Both the position numbers and the translations under genes were made by a program. A DNA stretch of 57,606 bases, taken from NCBI GenBank assembly GCA_045597265.1, contig JAZODX010000210.1, positions 1-57,606 on the forward strand. The letters run 5' to 3'. The DNA comes from Eubacteriales bacterium (lineage in GTDB: Bacteria > Bacillota > Clostridia > Oscillospirales > CAG-272). The notes under the pieces were generated by a model. The model had not been told where the DNA came from. It did not search any database and saw nothing but the letters and a program-made list of their open reading frames with translations. How positions within the stretch are numbered: the stretch's first letter is position 1; each line of letters starts with the position of its first letter. Positions 45,662-55,013 of this stretch are shown here, piece by piece.

Positions 45662-48358
45662 ATGGAAAGCAAAACCTACGAAATTGTTGACAGTGTGGAA
45701 GCACTTCACGCTGCGATCGCTCGTGTAAGAGCGGCGCAGAAGATTTTTTCGACCTACACGCAAGAACAGGTTGACAAGATTTTCCTCAGCGCGGCCTCTG
45801 CTGCAGACAAGGCAAGAATCTCTCTTGCAAAGCTTGCGGTTGAGGAAACCGGAATGGGCATCGTAGAGGACAAAGTAATCAAGAACCACTACGCTGCTGA
45901 GTACATTTACAACGCTTACAAGGACACCAAGACCTGCGGTGTGATTGAAGAGGACAAGGCTTTCGGCATCAGAAAGATTGCAGAGCCTATCGGTGTTGTT
46001 GCTGCCGTTATCCCTACGACCAATCCCACCTCCACCGCAATCTTTAAGTGTCTGCTTGCCCTCAAGACGCGTAACGCCATGATAATCAGTCCTCACCCCA
46101 GAGCAAAGAATTCCACCATTGCGGCTGCAAAGCTCATTCTTGAAGCAGCGGTAGCAGCAGGTGCGCCCGAAGGTATCATCGATTGGATCGACGTGCCTTC
46201 TCTCGATATGACGGGGACTCTGATGCGGGAAGCGGATATCATTCTTGCGACGGGTGGTCCGGGAATGGTCAAGGCTGCATATTCCTCCGGCAAGCCCGCT
46301 CTCGGTGTCGGTGCAGGCAACACGCCTGCGATTATCGATGAAACCGCCGATATCCTCCTTGCCGTTAACTCGATTATTCACTCCAAGACCTTTGATAACG
46401 GAATGATCTGCGCTTCCGAGCAGTCTGTTATCGTTCTGGAAAGCATCTACGATATCGTTAAGGCGGAGTTTGCGGCACGCGGATGCTATTTTCTGAGTCC
46501 GATGGAAACAGAAAAGGTTCGTAAGACGATTATCATCAACGGTGCACTCAACGCAAAGATCGTCGGTCAGAAGGCAGTTAAGATTGCCGAGCTTGCAGGC
46601 GTAAGCGTTCCTGCCGGCACCAAGATTCTTATTGGCGAGGTTGAGAGCGTTGAACTTTCCGAGGAATTTGCACACGAGAAGCTTTCTCCCGTACTTGCCA
46701 TGTATAAGGCCGGAACCTTTGCAGAAGCGTTGGATAAGGCAGATACGCTTGTTGAGGACGGCGGCTTCGGTCACACTGCCTCTCTCTACATCAACGAGAT
46801 CACGGAAAAGGAAAAGCTTGCTGCTTATGAGGCAAGGATGAGAACTTGCCGCATTCTCGTTAACACGCCCTCCGCGCACGGCGGTATCGGTGATCTTTAC
46901 AACTTTAAGCTTGCTCCCTCGCTCACGCTCGGATGCGGCTCCTGGGGTGGAAATAGCGTATCTGAAAACGTAGGGGTAAAGCATCTTTTAAACATCAAAA
47001 CGGTCGCTGAGAGGAGAGAAAATATGCTTTGGTTCAGAACACCCGAGAAGGTTTATATAAAAAAGGGCTGCCTCCCCGTAGCGCTCGATGAGCTGAGAAG
47101 CGTCAGAGGCGCAAAGAAAGCGTTCATCGTAACCGATACCTTCTTGTATCAGAATGGATATACCAAGCCGATCGCCGACAAGCTTGACGAAATGGGCGTT
47201 CAGCACACCACGTTCTGGAACGTACAGCCCGATCCCACCCTTGCGAACGCGACTGAGGGAGCAGCGCAAATGCGCGCGTTCCAGCCCGATACCATTATTG
47301 CACTCGGCGGGGGTTCGGCAATGGACGCGGCAAAGATCATGTGGGTACTCTACGAGCATCCTGAAGCAGACTTTATGGATATGGCAATGCGCTTTATCGA
47401 TATTCGCAAGAGAATCTACACCTTCCCAAGGATGGGAGAGAAGGCATACTTCATCGCAATCCCCACCTCTGCAGGTACGGGGTCTGAGGTAACTCCTTTC
47501 GCGGTTATCACCGATGAAAAGACGGGTGTTAAATATCCTCTCGCCGACTATGCGCTTCTTCCCAACATGGCAATTATCGACACCGACTTCCATATGTCCG
47601 CGCCCCGCGGTCTGACGGCGGCTTCGGGTATTGACGCGGTTACGCACGCAATTGAAGCGTACGCCGCCATGCTTGCAACCGACTATACCGACGGCCTTGC
47701 CCTGCGCGCGCTCAAGATGATCTTCGAGTATCTCCCGCGTGCCTACGATAACGGCCAGACCGACGTTGAAGCGCGTGAGAAGATGGCAAACGCTGCGACG
47801 ATGGCGGGCATGGCATTCGCTAACGCATTCCTCGGCGTATGTCACTCTATGGCACATAAGCTGGGTGCATTCCACCATCTTCCCCACGGCGTTGCAAACG
47901 CCCTTATGATCGAGGAGGTTCTCCGCTTCAACGCTGCTGAGGCTCCTGCAAAGATGGGCACCTTCTCGCAGTACGACCATCCGCATACGCTTGCCCGTTA
48001 TGCTGAGATCGCTGATTATCTCGGTATTAAGGGGGCAAACGATGAGGAGAAGCTTGAGGGGCTTATCAAGGCAATCAACGACCTTAAGACTCGCGTTGGA
48101 ATCAAGGAGACTATCCGGGACTACGGCATCGATGAGGCCGACTTCCTTGCACGCCTTGACGATATGGTAGAGCAGGCGTTCGACGACCAGTGCACGGGTG
48201 CGAATCCTCGTTATCCTCTTATGCGCGAGATCAAGCAGATGTACCTCAACGCTTACTACGGCAATCACTTCGTTGAAGAGAGAATGCCTGCTGCCGACCT
48301 CGGTGATGCAAAGGCCGATCCCATCAAGGCACCCTATCGCAAGGGAAAAAAGGTGTAA
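45662..48358 (+). CDS. adhE: bifunctional acetaldehyde-CoA / alcohol dehydrogenase
   Basis: 898 aa. N-terminal ALDH domain (catalytic Cys in FDNGMICASEQ), C-terminal iron-ADH domain (GGGSAMDAAK, HSMAHKLG). Confidence 0.95.
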   Translation: MESKTYEIVDSVEALHAAIARVRAAQKIFSTYTQEQVDKIFLSAASAADKARISLAKLAVEETGMGIVEDKVIKNHYAAEYIYNAYKDTKTCGVIEEDKAFGIRKIAEPIGVVAAVIPTTNPTSTAIFKCLLALKTRNAMIISPHPRAKNSTIAAAKLILEAAVAAGAPEGIIDWIDVPSLDMTGTLMREADIILATGGPGMVKAAYSSGKPALGVGAGNTPAIIDETADILLAVNSIIHSKTFDNGMICASEQSVIVLESIYDIVKAEFAARGCYFLSPMETEKVRKTIIINGALNAKIVGQKAVKIAELAGVSVPAGTKILIGEVESVELSEEFAHEKLSPVLAMYKAGTFAEALDKADTLVEDGGFGHTASLYINEITEKEKLAAYEARMRTCRILVNTPSAHGGIGDLYNFKLAPSLTLGCGSWGGNSVSENVGVKHLLNIKTVAERRENMLWFRTPEKVYIKKGCLPVALDELRSVRGAKKAFIVTDTFLYQNGYTKPIADKLDEMGVQHTTFWNVQPDPTLANATEGAAQMRAFQPDTIIALGGGSAMDAAKIMWVLYEHPEADFMDMAMRFIDIRKRIYTFPRMGEKAYFIAIPTSAGTGSEVTPFAVITDEKTGVKYPLADYALLPNMAIIDTDFHMSAPRGLTAASGIDAVTHAIEAYAAMLATDYTDGLALRALKMIFEYLPRAYDNGQTDVEAREKMANAATMAGMAFANAFLGVCHSMAHKLGAFHHLPHGVANALMIEEVLRFNAAEAPAKMGTFSQYDHPHTLARYAEIADYLGIKGANDEEKLEGLIKAINDLKTRVGIKETIRDYGIDEADFLARLDDMVEQAFDDQCTGANPRYPLMREIKQMYLNAYYGNHFVEERMPAADLGDAKADPIKAPYRKGKKV

Positions 48359-48376
48359 TTTAAGGAGGAAAAACAG

Positions 48377-49126
48377 ATGAAACTTGATAGAGTAATTGCA
48401 GTAAGAAATAACAAGACGATCTACCGCGACGGCGACAGAGCAATCAAGGTTTTTCATACGGGGTATTCTAAGGCTGACGTGTTGAATGAAGCACTCAATC
48501 AGGCAAGGATCGAAGAAACCGGATTGAATATTCCCAAGGTGCTTGAGGTTACGGTGATTGACGGTAAGTGGGCAATCGTTTCCGAGTTCATTAAAGGAAA
48601 AACTTTAGCACAGCTTATGGAAGAAAATCCCGAGCAGAAAACGGAGTATATCGAGCTTCTCGTTGATCTTCAGATGGGGGTTCACCGGGAGACCTGTCCC
48701 CTCTTGAACAAGCTGAAGGACAAGATGAGCCGCAAGATCGCAGCAACCGAGCTTGACGCTACCACGCGCTACGATCTTCATACCCGTCTCGAGGGGATGC
48801 CTAAGCACAACAAGGTGTGCCATGGCGATTTCAATCCCTCCAATGTCATTATCGCCGAGAACGGTCTTCCTTACGTTCTTGACTGGTCTCACGCAACGCA
48901 GGGCAACGCTTCCGCTGACGTTGCACGTACCTATCTGCTCTTCTGGCTGAACGGAGATATTTCCGGTGCGGAGTATTATCTCGACACCTTCTGCCAAAAG
49001 AGCAATACCGCAAAGCAGTATGTGCAGAAGTGGATGCCCATCGTTGCTGCATCGCAGTCAGTTAAGGGGAACGAAAAGGAGCGCGAGTTCCTGATGAGTT
49101 GGGTCGGCGTTGTCGATTACCAATAA
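48377..49126 (+). CDS. APH/choline-kinase-fold phosphotransferase (putative protein kinase)
   Basis: HGDFNPSNVI catalytic loop and VLDWSHA (DxS/D metal loop). AAGGAGG RBS. Confidence 0.7.
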   Translation: MKLDRVIAVRNNKTIYRDGDRAIKVFHTGYSKADVLNEALNQARIEETGLNIPKVLEVTVIDGKWAIVSEFIKGKTLAQLMEENPEQKTEYIELLVDLQMGVHRETCPLLNKLKDKMSRKIAATELDATTRYDLHTRLEGMPKHNKVCHGDFNPSNVIIAENGLPYVLDWSHATQGNASADVARTYLLFWLNGDISGAEYYLDTFCQKSNTAKQYVQKWMPIVAASQSVKGNEKEREFLMSWVGVVDYQ

Positions 49127-49144
49127 TTCGATTTCAAAATTATC

Positions 49145-49171
49145 GCTTGATGCGGCAAGTCCGCATCAAGC
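49145..49171 (+). other. intra-cluster hairpin (attenuator or processing site candidate)
   Basis: 11-bp perfect stem GCTTGATGCGG / CCGCATCAAGC with no U-tract. Confidence 0.4.
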
Positions 49172-49204
49172 ACCCATATTTATACATTAAGAGAGGATAT
49201 AGTT

Positions 49205-49447
49205 ATGATTAAGATTACGGTTTGTATCGGCAGCTCCTGCCATATCAAGGGCTCTCGTCAGGTAGTGGAGCAGCTTCAGTATTTGATCGCTGAAAACAAT
49301 CTCGGTGATAAGGTAGAGCTTGGCGGAACCTTCTGCATGGGCAAGTGTCAGCAGGGTGTATGTGTCACGGTAAATGATTCCTTCCATTCGGTTACACCCG
49401 AGAGCGTAGGAGAGTTCTTCGCTGAAGAAGTGCTCGCAAGGGTGTAA
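49205..49447 (+). CDS. thioredoxin-like [2Fe-2S] ferredoxin (NuoE/HydC-like), copy 1
   Basis: Cys pattern C7-x4-C12 ... C44-x3-C48 (CIGSSCH ... CMGKC). GAGAGGA RBS. Confidence 0.7.
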   Translation: MIKITVCIGSSCHIKGSRQVVEQLQYLIAENNLGDKVELGGTFCMGKCQQGVCVTVNDSFHSVTPESVGEFFAEEVLARV

Positions 49448-49451
49448 AAAA

Positions 49452-49715
49452 ATGTTGTTCGTTCAGGTTTGTGTTGGTTCGTCCTGCCACCTCAAGGGCT
49501 CTCAGGAGATCGTAGCCCTTTTTGAAAAAGCCGTGGAGGAACATCATATCGAGGATGAGGTCGTGCTTTCCGGCAGCTTTTGTATCGGAAAGTGCAACCG
49601 GGTCGGGGTTACCGTACAGGTAAACGATGATGTGCACGTGGGTGTGACGAGAGAGAATTTCAGAGAATTTTTCAAGAAGAATATACTTGATACGATTGAA
49701 ACCGAAAGGAAGTGA
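49452..49715 (+). CDS. thioredoxin-like [2Fe-2S] ferredoxin (NuoE/HydC-like), copy 2
   Basis: CVGSSCH ... CIGKC. Colinear paralogue of the preceding gene. Confidence 0.7.
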   Translation: MLFVQVCVGSSCHLKGSQEIVALFEKAVEEHHIEDEVVLSGSFCIGKCNRVGVTVQVNDDVHVGVTRENFREFFKKNILDTIETERK

Positions 49716-49720
49716 CGATT

Positions 49721-51400
49721 ATGGCAAATTGCTTAACGCTGAAAAAATCCAACTGCAAAAACTGCTATAAATGTATCCGTCACTGTCCCGTAAAGGCGAT
49801 TCGCTTTTCGGGAAACCAAGCACATATCATCGGCAATGAGTGTATCTTGTGCGGTCATTGTTTCGTCGTCTGCCCGCAGAACGCAAAGGAAATCGTAGAC
49901 GGGACCGAGAAGGCGAGAGTCTTGCTGCAGAGCGGAGATCCCGTCGTTGTCAGTCTTGCGCCCTCGTTTATTGCGAACTATGAAGGCGTAGGAATAGAGT
50001 CTATGCGCCGAGCACTCTGCAGGCTTGGCTTTTTCGACGTTGAAGAGACGGCAATCGGTGCAACCATCGTTAAGACCGAATACGAGCGGATGCTGCGTGA
50101 GGAAGAAAGGGATATTATCATCAGCTCGTGCTGTCACTCCGTCAATTTACTCATACAAAAGCATTTTCCTTCGATGCTTGAATATCTTGCCGACGTGATG
50201 TCGCCTATGCAGGCGCACTGTGCGGACATCAAGAAAAGAATGCCGAACGCAAAGACGGTATTTATCGGGCCGTGCGTTGCCAAAAAGGATGAAGCTGAAC
50301 ACTACGAGGGAATCGTGGATGCCGTTCTTACGTTCGAAGAGCTTACGAATTGGTTGAAATCCGAGCACATTGAGCTTGAACAGAAAACGGACAAAACGCC
50401 CGAAAGTCGTGCACGCTTCTTCCCGACAACGGGAGGCGTACTGAAAACGATGGCGCAGAACGCACCCGGATATACGTACGTCGCACTTGATGGGGTTGAG
50501 AACTGTATCGCCGCACTTAAGGATATCGAGAGTGGGAAGATCCATAAATGCTTCATTGAAATGTCTGCCTGCGTTGGCAGCTGTATTGGCGGTCCCGTCA
50601 TGGAAAAATATCATAGTACATCGCCGATTAAGGATTACGTAACCGTGGCCGGTTATGCCGGTGAGCACGACTTTGCTGTCGAACAGCCTGCTCCGATGAA
50701 TCTGAAAAAGCATTTTTCCATGATTGAGAAAAGGCTGCAGACACCTTCGGAAAATGAGATTATGACCGTTCTTCGTCAGATGGGTAAGTTCAAGCCTGCC
50801 GACGAGCTTAACTGCGGATCCTGCGGATACAATTCCTGCCGTGAGAAAGCGATCGCGATTATTCAGAGCAAGGCTGAAATATCCATGTGTCTGCCCTTTC
50901 TCAAGGACAAGGCGGAAAGCTTCTCGGATACCATTGTCAAGAATACGCCCAACGGACTTATCGTGCTTAACGAGAATCTTGAGGTTCAGCAGATCAATAC
51001 TGCGGCAAGGAAAATTATGAATATCCGTGCAGCATCCGACGTGCTCGGCGAGAGTGTCGTCCGCATTCTCGATCCTGCCGTGTTTGTTCAGGTCAAAAAC
51101 AGCGGAAGAACGGTAAGAGATCTGCGTACTTATCTTGCCGAATATAAAAAATACGTGGAGCAAACCGTGGTTTACGATCCCGATTCCCGTATGCTGATCG
51201 GCATTATGCGTGATATTACCGACGAGGAAGCCGATAGAGAGAAGAAGGCAAGAATCAATAAGCAGACGGTTGAGGTTGCCGACAGCGTTGTCGAAAAGCA
51301 GATGAGAATCGTTCAGGAGATCGCATCCTTGCTCGGTGAAACCGCAGCAGAAACCAAGATTGCTCTGACGAAATTGAAGGAGTCGATCGGCGATGAATGA
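49721..51400 (+). CDS. hydS: HydS-type putative sensory [FeFe]-hydrogenase (2x[4Fe-4S] domain, H-cluster domain, Cys4 motif, PAS domain)
   Basis: CKNCYKCIRHCP and CILCGHCFVVCP. H-cluster motifs SSCCHS, GPCVAKK and EMSACVGSCIGGP. CGSCGYNSC...C motif. C-terminal PAS-like NGLIVLNENLEVQQINTAARKIMN. Confidence 0.8.
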   Translation: MANCLTLKKSNCKNCYKCIRHCPVKAIRFSGNQAHIIGNECILCGHCFVVCPQNAKEIVDGTEKARVLLQSGDPVVVSLAPSFIANYEGVGIESMRRALCRLGFFDVEETAIGATIVKTEYERMLREEERDIIISSCCHSVNLLIQKHFPSMLEYLADVMSPMQAHCADIKKRMPNAKTVFIGPCVAKKDEAEHYEGIVDAVLTFEELTNWLKSEHIELEQKTDKTPESRARFFPTTGGVLKTMAQNAPGYTYVALDGVENCIAALKDIESGKIHKCFIEMSACVGSCIGGPVMEKYHSTSPIKDYVTVAGYAGEHDFAVEQPAPMNLKKHFSMIEKRLQTPSENEIMTVLRQMGKFKPADELNCGSCGYNSCREKAIAIIQSKAEISMCLPFLKDKAESFSDTIVKNTPNGLIVLNENLEVQQINTAARKIMNIRAASDVLGESVVRILDPAVFVQVKNSGRTVRDLRTYLAEYKKYVEQTVVYDPDSRMLIGIMRDITDEEADREKKARINKQTVEVADSVVEKQMRIVQEIASLLGETAAETKIALTKLKESIGDE

Positions 51401-52565
51401 TTTGTGTGCAGACATCGGATATAAAAGCATCAATCACGTCGGCGAAGAGCTTTGCGGCGACCACGTGGACGTCGTAGAGGAAAATGAGAATTCTACCGTA
51501 ATCGTGCTTGCAGACGGCCTTGGGTCGGGTGTTAAGGCAAGTATTTTGTCTACATTGACCGCCAAGATCATCTCAACGATGATGGCGGCAGGGCTTCCCA
51601 TTGAGGAATGCGTGTCTACGATTGCCGCAACCCTGCCCGTATGCTCCGTGCGAGGTGTGGCATATTCTACGTTTACGATTATTCATTTGTTGAATAACCA
51701 GATCGCCGAGATCATTCAGTACGATAATCCTCACGTGATCGTGATAAGAGATTACGTTGTTTACGAGTATCCCAAAACAGAAATGAGCATCGGCGGCAAA
51801 AAAATATTCAAATCCACGATTAAGCTGCAAGAGGATGACGTATTCATCGCCATGAGCGACGGATGTCCTCATGCCGGTATGGGCGGGAAATACAACTTTG
51901 GTTGGAAACGAGAGGATATCGCCGAGTATATGCTGGCACTCGTTGCAGGCGGGTATACGGCAAAGAATCTGTCTACCATGCTGGTTGATGAATGTGATAA
52001 GCTGTACGATCATAAGCCCGGAGACGATACGACCGCCTGCGTCGTAAAGGTACGCAGGAGAGAGCCTATGAACATTCTGTTCGGTCCTCCTTCAAACCGT
52101 GACGACGCAAACCGAATGATGTCGCTGTTCTTCTCCAAGGAGGGCAAGCACATCATCTGCGGCGGTACGACCTCCTCGATTGCGGCAAAATATCTGGGCA
52201 AAAAGGTTGAGGTAAGCCTGAGCTTTGAGCGGAGCGATATTCCTCCCATCGCCCATATCGAAGGTGTGGATCTCGTGACTGAGGGCGTGATTACCATGAA
52301 TAAGGTTATTCAGTACGCCAAGGATTATCTTGGCGCTAACGCGTGTTATGAGGAGTGGAGCTTCAAGAAGGACGGAGCGTCCCTGATCAGCCGACTTCTC
52401 TTTGAGGAAGCAACCGACATCAACTTTTACGTTGGCAGAGCGGTGAATCCCGCTCACCAAAACCCGGATCTTCCGATCAATTTTAATATTAAAATGAATC
52501 TTGTGGAAGAGCTTTCCCTCTGCTTAAAGAAAATGGGAAAGCGAATTAAAGTAAGTTATTTTTGA
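51393..52565 (+). CDS. SpoIIE/PP2C family serine phosphatase
   Basis: GEELCGDHVDVVE...VIVLADGLGSGVKASILS and GDDTT motifs. Overlaps the hydS stop by 8 nt. Confidence 0.8.
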   Translation: MNDLCADIGYKSINHVGEELCGDHVDVVEENENSTVIVLADGLGSGVKASILSTLTAKIISTMMAAGLPIEECVSTIAATLPVCSVRGVAYSTFTIIHLLNNQIAEIIQYDNPHVIVIRDYVVYEYPKTEMSIGGKKIFKSTIKLQEDDVFIAMSDGCPHAGMGGKYNFGWKREDIAEYMLALVAGGYTAKNLSTMLVDECDKLYDHKPGDDTTACVVKVRRREPMNILFGPPSNRDDANRMMSLFFSKEGKHIICGGTTSSIAAKYLGKKVEVSLSFERSDIPPIAHIEGVDLVTEGVITMNKVIQYAKDYLGANACYEEWSFKKDGASLISRLLFEEATDINFYVGRAVNPAHQNPDLPINFNIKMNLVEELSLCLKKMGKRIKVSYF

Positions 52566-52578
52566 GGATTTAAAGGAT

Positions 52579-53526
52579 ATGAAAAAAAAGGTAACGATTA
52601 TTGGGGCCGGAGCGGTTGGCGCCACGACGGCATTTGCATTGCTGGCAAGAAACGCGGCTTCGGAGGTTGTGTTGATCGATATCAATACCGAAAAGGCGCT
52701 TGGCGAAGCGTTGGATATCAAGCAGGCGACCCCCTTTATTGACAACTGCGATATCTATGCGGGAAGCTACCGCGACGCCGTTGATTCGGACGTTGTTGTC
52801 ATTACGTCGGGCGTGGGAAGAAAACCCGGACAAACTCGATTGGAGCTGGTACAGACCAACGTAGGTATTGTGCGGAGTATATCCGAGGAGATCGTAAAAT
52901 ACGCACCGAACGCAATTTATATTCTCGTGGCAAATCCCGTCGATATCCTGACCTACGCATTCTTGAAATACACGGGACTCCCCAAAAATCAGGTCATGGG
53001 CACGGGTACCGTTCTCGATACCATCCGTCTGCGCACGCGGCTTGCGGAGATCTATAACGTCAATAAGCAGCAGGTTCATGCAAACATCCTTGGGGAGCAC
53101 GGAGATACGTCCTTTGTGGCCTGGTCCACAGCGACCATCGCGGGAATACCCGTAGATGAATATAATGCGTCCATTGCAACGCCCTACCATATTCCCACCG
53201 AATATCAGCGGGAGGATGTCGAAACCTACGTCAGGAAATCGGGGGGGAAGATCATCTCCCGCAAAGGCTGCACCGTTTACGGGATCGGAATGTCCACGAC
53301 GCATATTGTGAAGACGTTGGATGGAAACGCAGAAACGGCAATGACGGTTTCTTCCCTGCATGAAGGGGAATACGGTATTTCCGACGTATGCCTGAGCTCG
53401 CTGTCCCTGGTTGATTCTACGGGAGTCAGATCGATCATCACCCAAAAGCTGAGCGATGACGAAATACAAAAGCTTTATGCATCGGCAGAAGCGCTGAAGG
53501 CAGTGATTCGAACGGCGGGATTATAA
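52579..53526 (+). CDS. ldh: L-lactate dehydrogenase
   Basis: IIGAGAVG, GVGRKPGQTRLEL, GTGTVLDTIRLR and LGEHGD (catalytic His). Confidence 0.9.
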   Translation: MKKKVTIIGAGAVGATTAFALLARNAASEVVLIDINTEKALGEALDIKQATPFIDNCDIYAGSYRDAVDSDVVVITSGVGRKPGQTRLELVQTNVGIVRSISEEIVKYAPNAIYILVANPVDILTYAFLKYTGLPKNQVMGTGTVLDTIRLRTRLAEIYNVNKQQVHANILGEHGDTSFVAWSTATIAGIPVDEYNASIATPYHIPTEYQREDVETYVRKSGGKIISRKGCTVYGIGMSTTHIVKTLDGNAETAMTVSSLHEGEYGISDVCLSSLSLVDSTGVRSIITQKLSDDEIQKLYASAEALKAVIRTAGL

Positions 53527-53535
53527 GGAGAAGCC

Positions 53536-54963
53536 ATGAGAAGATTTGATACGAAGGTACAGCATTTGAAGTACAAGGTTCTCCGTGAGGTTGCTCGCCT
53601 TGCGTGGGAGGATAAGCTGCTTGAGAATATTATGGATATTCCCAAGAGCCTCGTTCCCGGGAATGAACCCACGATGCGTTGCTGTGTCTATAAGGAACGT
53701 GCAATTCTCGGTGAGCGTGTGAAGCTCGCTATGGGCGGGGATAAAAATAATCCCAATATCATCGAGGTTATTGAAATCGCTTGCGACGAGTGTCCCGTTG
53801 GCGGCTACGAGGTTACCAATGCCTGCCGCGGATGCCTTGCGCATCGATGTGAGGACGTTTGTAAGTTCGGTGCAATCTCTTTTGATCACAATCACGTTGC
53901 ACATATAGACAAATCCAAATGCAAAGAATGCGGTGCGTGCGCAAAGGTTTGTCCCTATACAGCAATCGTCAGCCGCAAGCGTCCGTGTCAGAACGCCTGT
54001 AAGGTCAAGGCAATTTCCATGAATGACGAAAAGGCGGCGTGTATCGACAACGCCAAATGCATTCAGTGCGGAGCGTGTGTCTATCAGTGTCCCTTCGGTG
54101 CAATCATGGACAAATCATATATGGTGAACGCCATTGATATTCTCAAAAAGAGTGAGAGAAACACGGGCGGCAGCTATAAGGTTTACGCCGCTGTTGCGCC
54201 CTCCATTTCGAGCCAATTCTCTTATGCCAAGCTCGGCCAGGTGGTAACGGGGCTTAAGAAGCTCGGTTTCCACGACGTGATTGAAGCAGCACTCGGCGCG
54301 GATATGGTTGCCATGGAAGAAGCAAAAGAGCTTTCCGAAAAAGGGCTTCTGACCAGCTCATGCTGCCCTGCATTCGTGCAGTACATCAGGTCGGCGTTCC
54401 CGAATCTCGCAGAGCATATTTCGCACAATATGTCACCGATGGCAGTCCTTGCGAAATACATCAAGGAAACGACGCCTAACGCAAAGGTGATCTTCATCGG
54501 CCCGTGCACCGCGAAAAAGGCGGAAGCACAGCTCGAGGCGGTTAAGCCTTATGTAGATACCGTCCTTACCTTCGAGGAGCTTCAGGCGCTCTTTGACAGC
54601 CGCGACATCGAGATCGAAACGCTTGAGGAAGGCGTTCTTGACAACGCTTCCTACTTCGGCCGAATCTTTGCCCGCAGCGGCGGCCTTACCGATGCGGCAA
54701 CACAGGCGATGAAGGAGCAGGGGCTTGACTTTGAAATCAAACCCGTGGTCTGCGATGGGATCGAGGCTTGCCGCATGGCGCTTCTTAAGCTGAACAAGGG
54801 CGTGCTTGACGGAAACTTTATCGAAGGAATGGCCTGCGTTGGCGGTTGTATTGGCGGAGCGGGCTGTCTGACGCACGGCGAAAAGAACAAAACCGACGTG
54901 GATAAGTATGGCCGCGAAGCGCTTGAAAAGACCATAGGAGATGCGATTTCCGTTTTGAAGTAA
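53536..54963 (+). CDS. hydA: [FeFe]-hydrogenase catalytic subunit (monomeric type with N-terminal Fe-S domains)
   Basis: Canonical H-cluster motifs TSSCCPAF, GPCTAKK and EGMACVGGCIGGAG, plus several CxxCxxCxxxC ferredoxin motifs. AAGGAGA RBS. Confidence 0.85.
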   Translation: MRRFDTKVQHLKYKVLREVARLAWEDKLLENIMDIPKSLVPGNEPTMRCCVYKERAILGERVKLAMGGDKNNPNIIEVIEIACDECPVGGYEVTNACRGCLAHRCEDVCKFGAISFDHNHVAHIDKSKCKECGACAKVCPYTAIVSRKRPCQNACKVKAISMNDEKAACIDNAKCIQCGACVYQCPFGAIMDKSYMVNAIDILKKSERNTGGSYKVYAAVAPSISSQFSYAKLGQVVTGLKKLGFHDVIEAALGADMVAMEEAKELSEKGLLTSSCCPAFVQYIRSAFPNLAEHISHNMSPMAVLAKYIKETTPNAKVIFIGPCTAKKAEAQLEAVKPYVDTVLTFEELQALFDSRDIEIETLEEGVLDNASYFGRIFARSGGLTDAATQAMKEQGLDFEIKPVVCDGIEACRMALLKLNKGVLDGNFIEGMACVGGCIGGAGCLTHGEKNKTDVDKYGREALEKTIGDAISVLK

Positions 54964-55013
54964 TGCAACAGCGCCGCACGCCGTTTTCTGCATTTCGATA
55001 GTCAAAAAACCAC

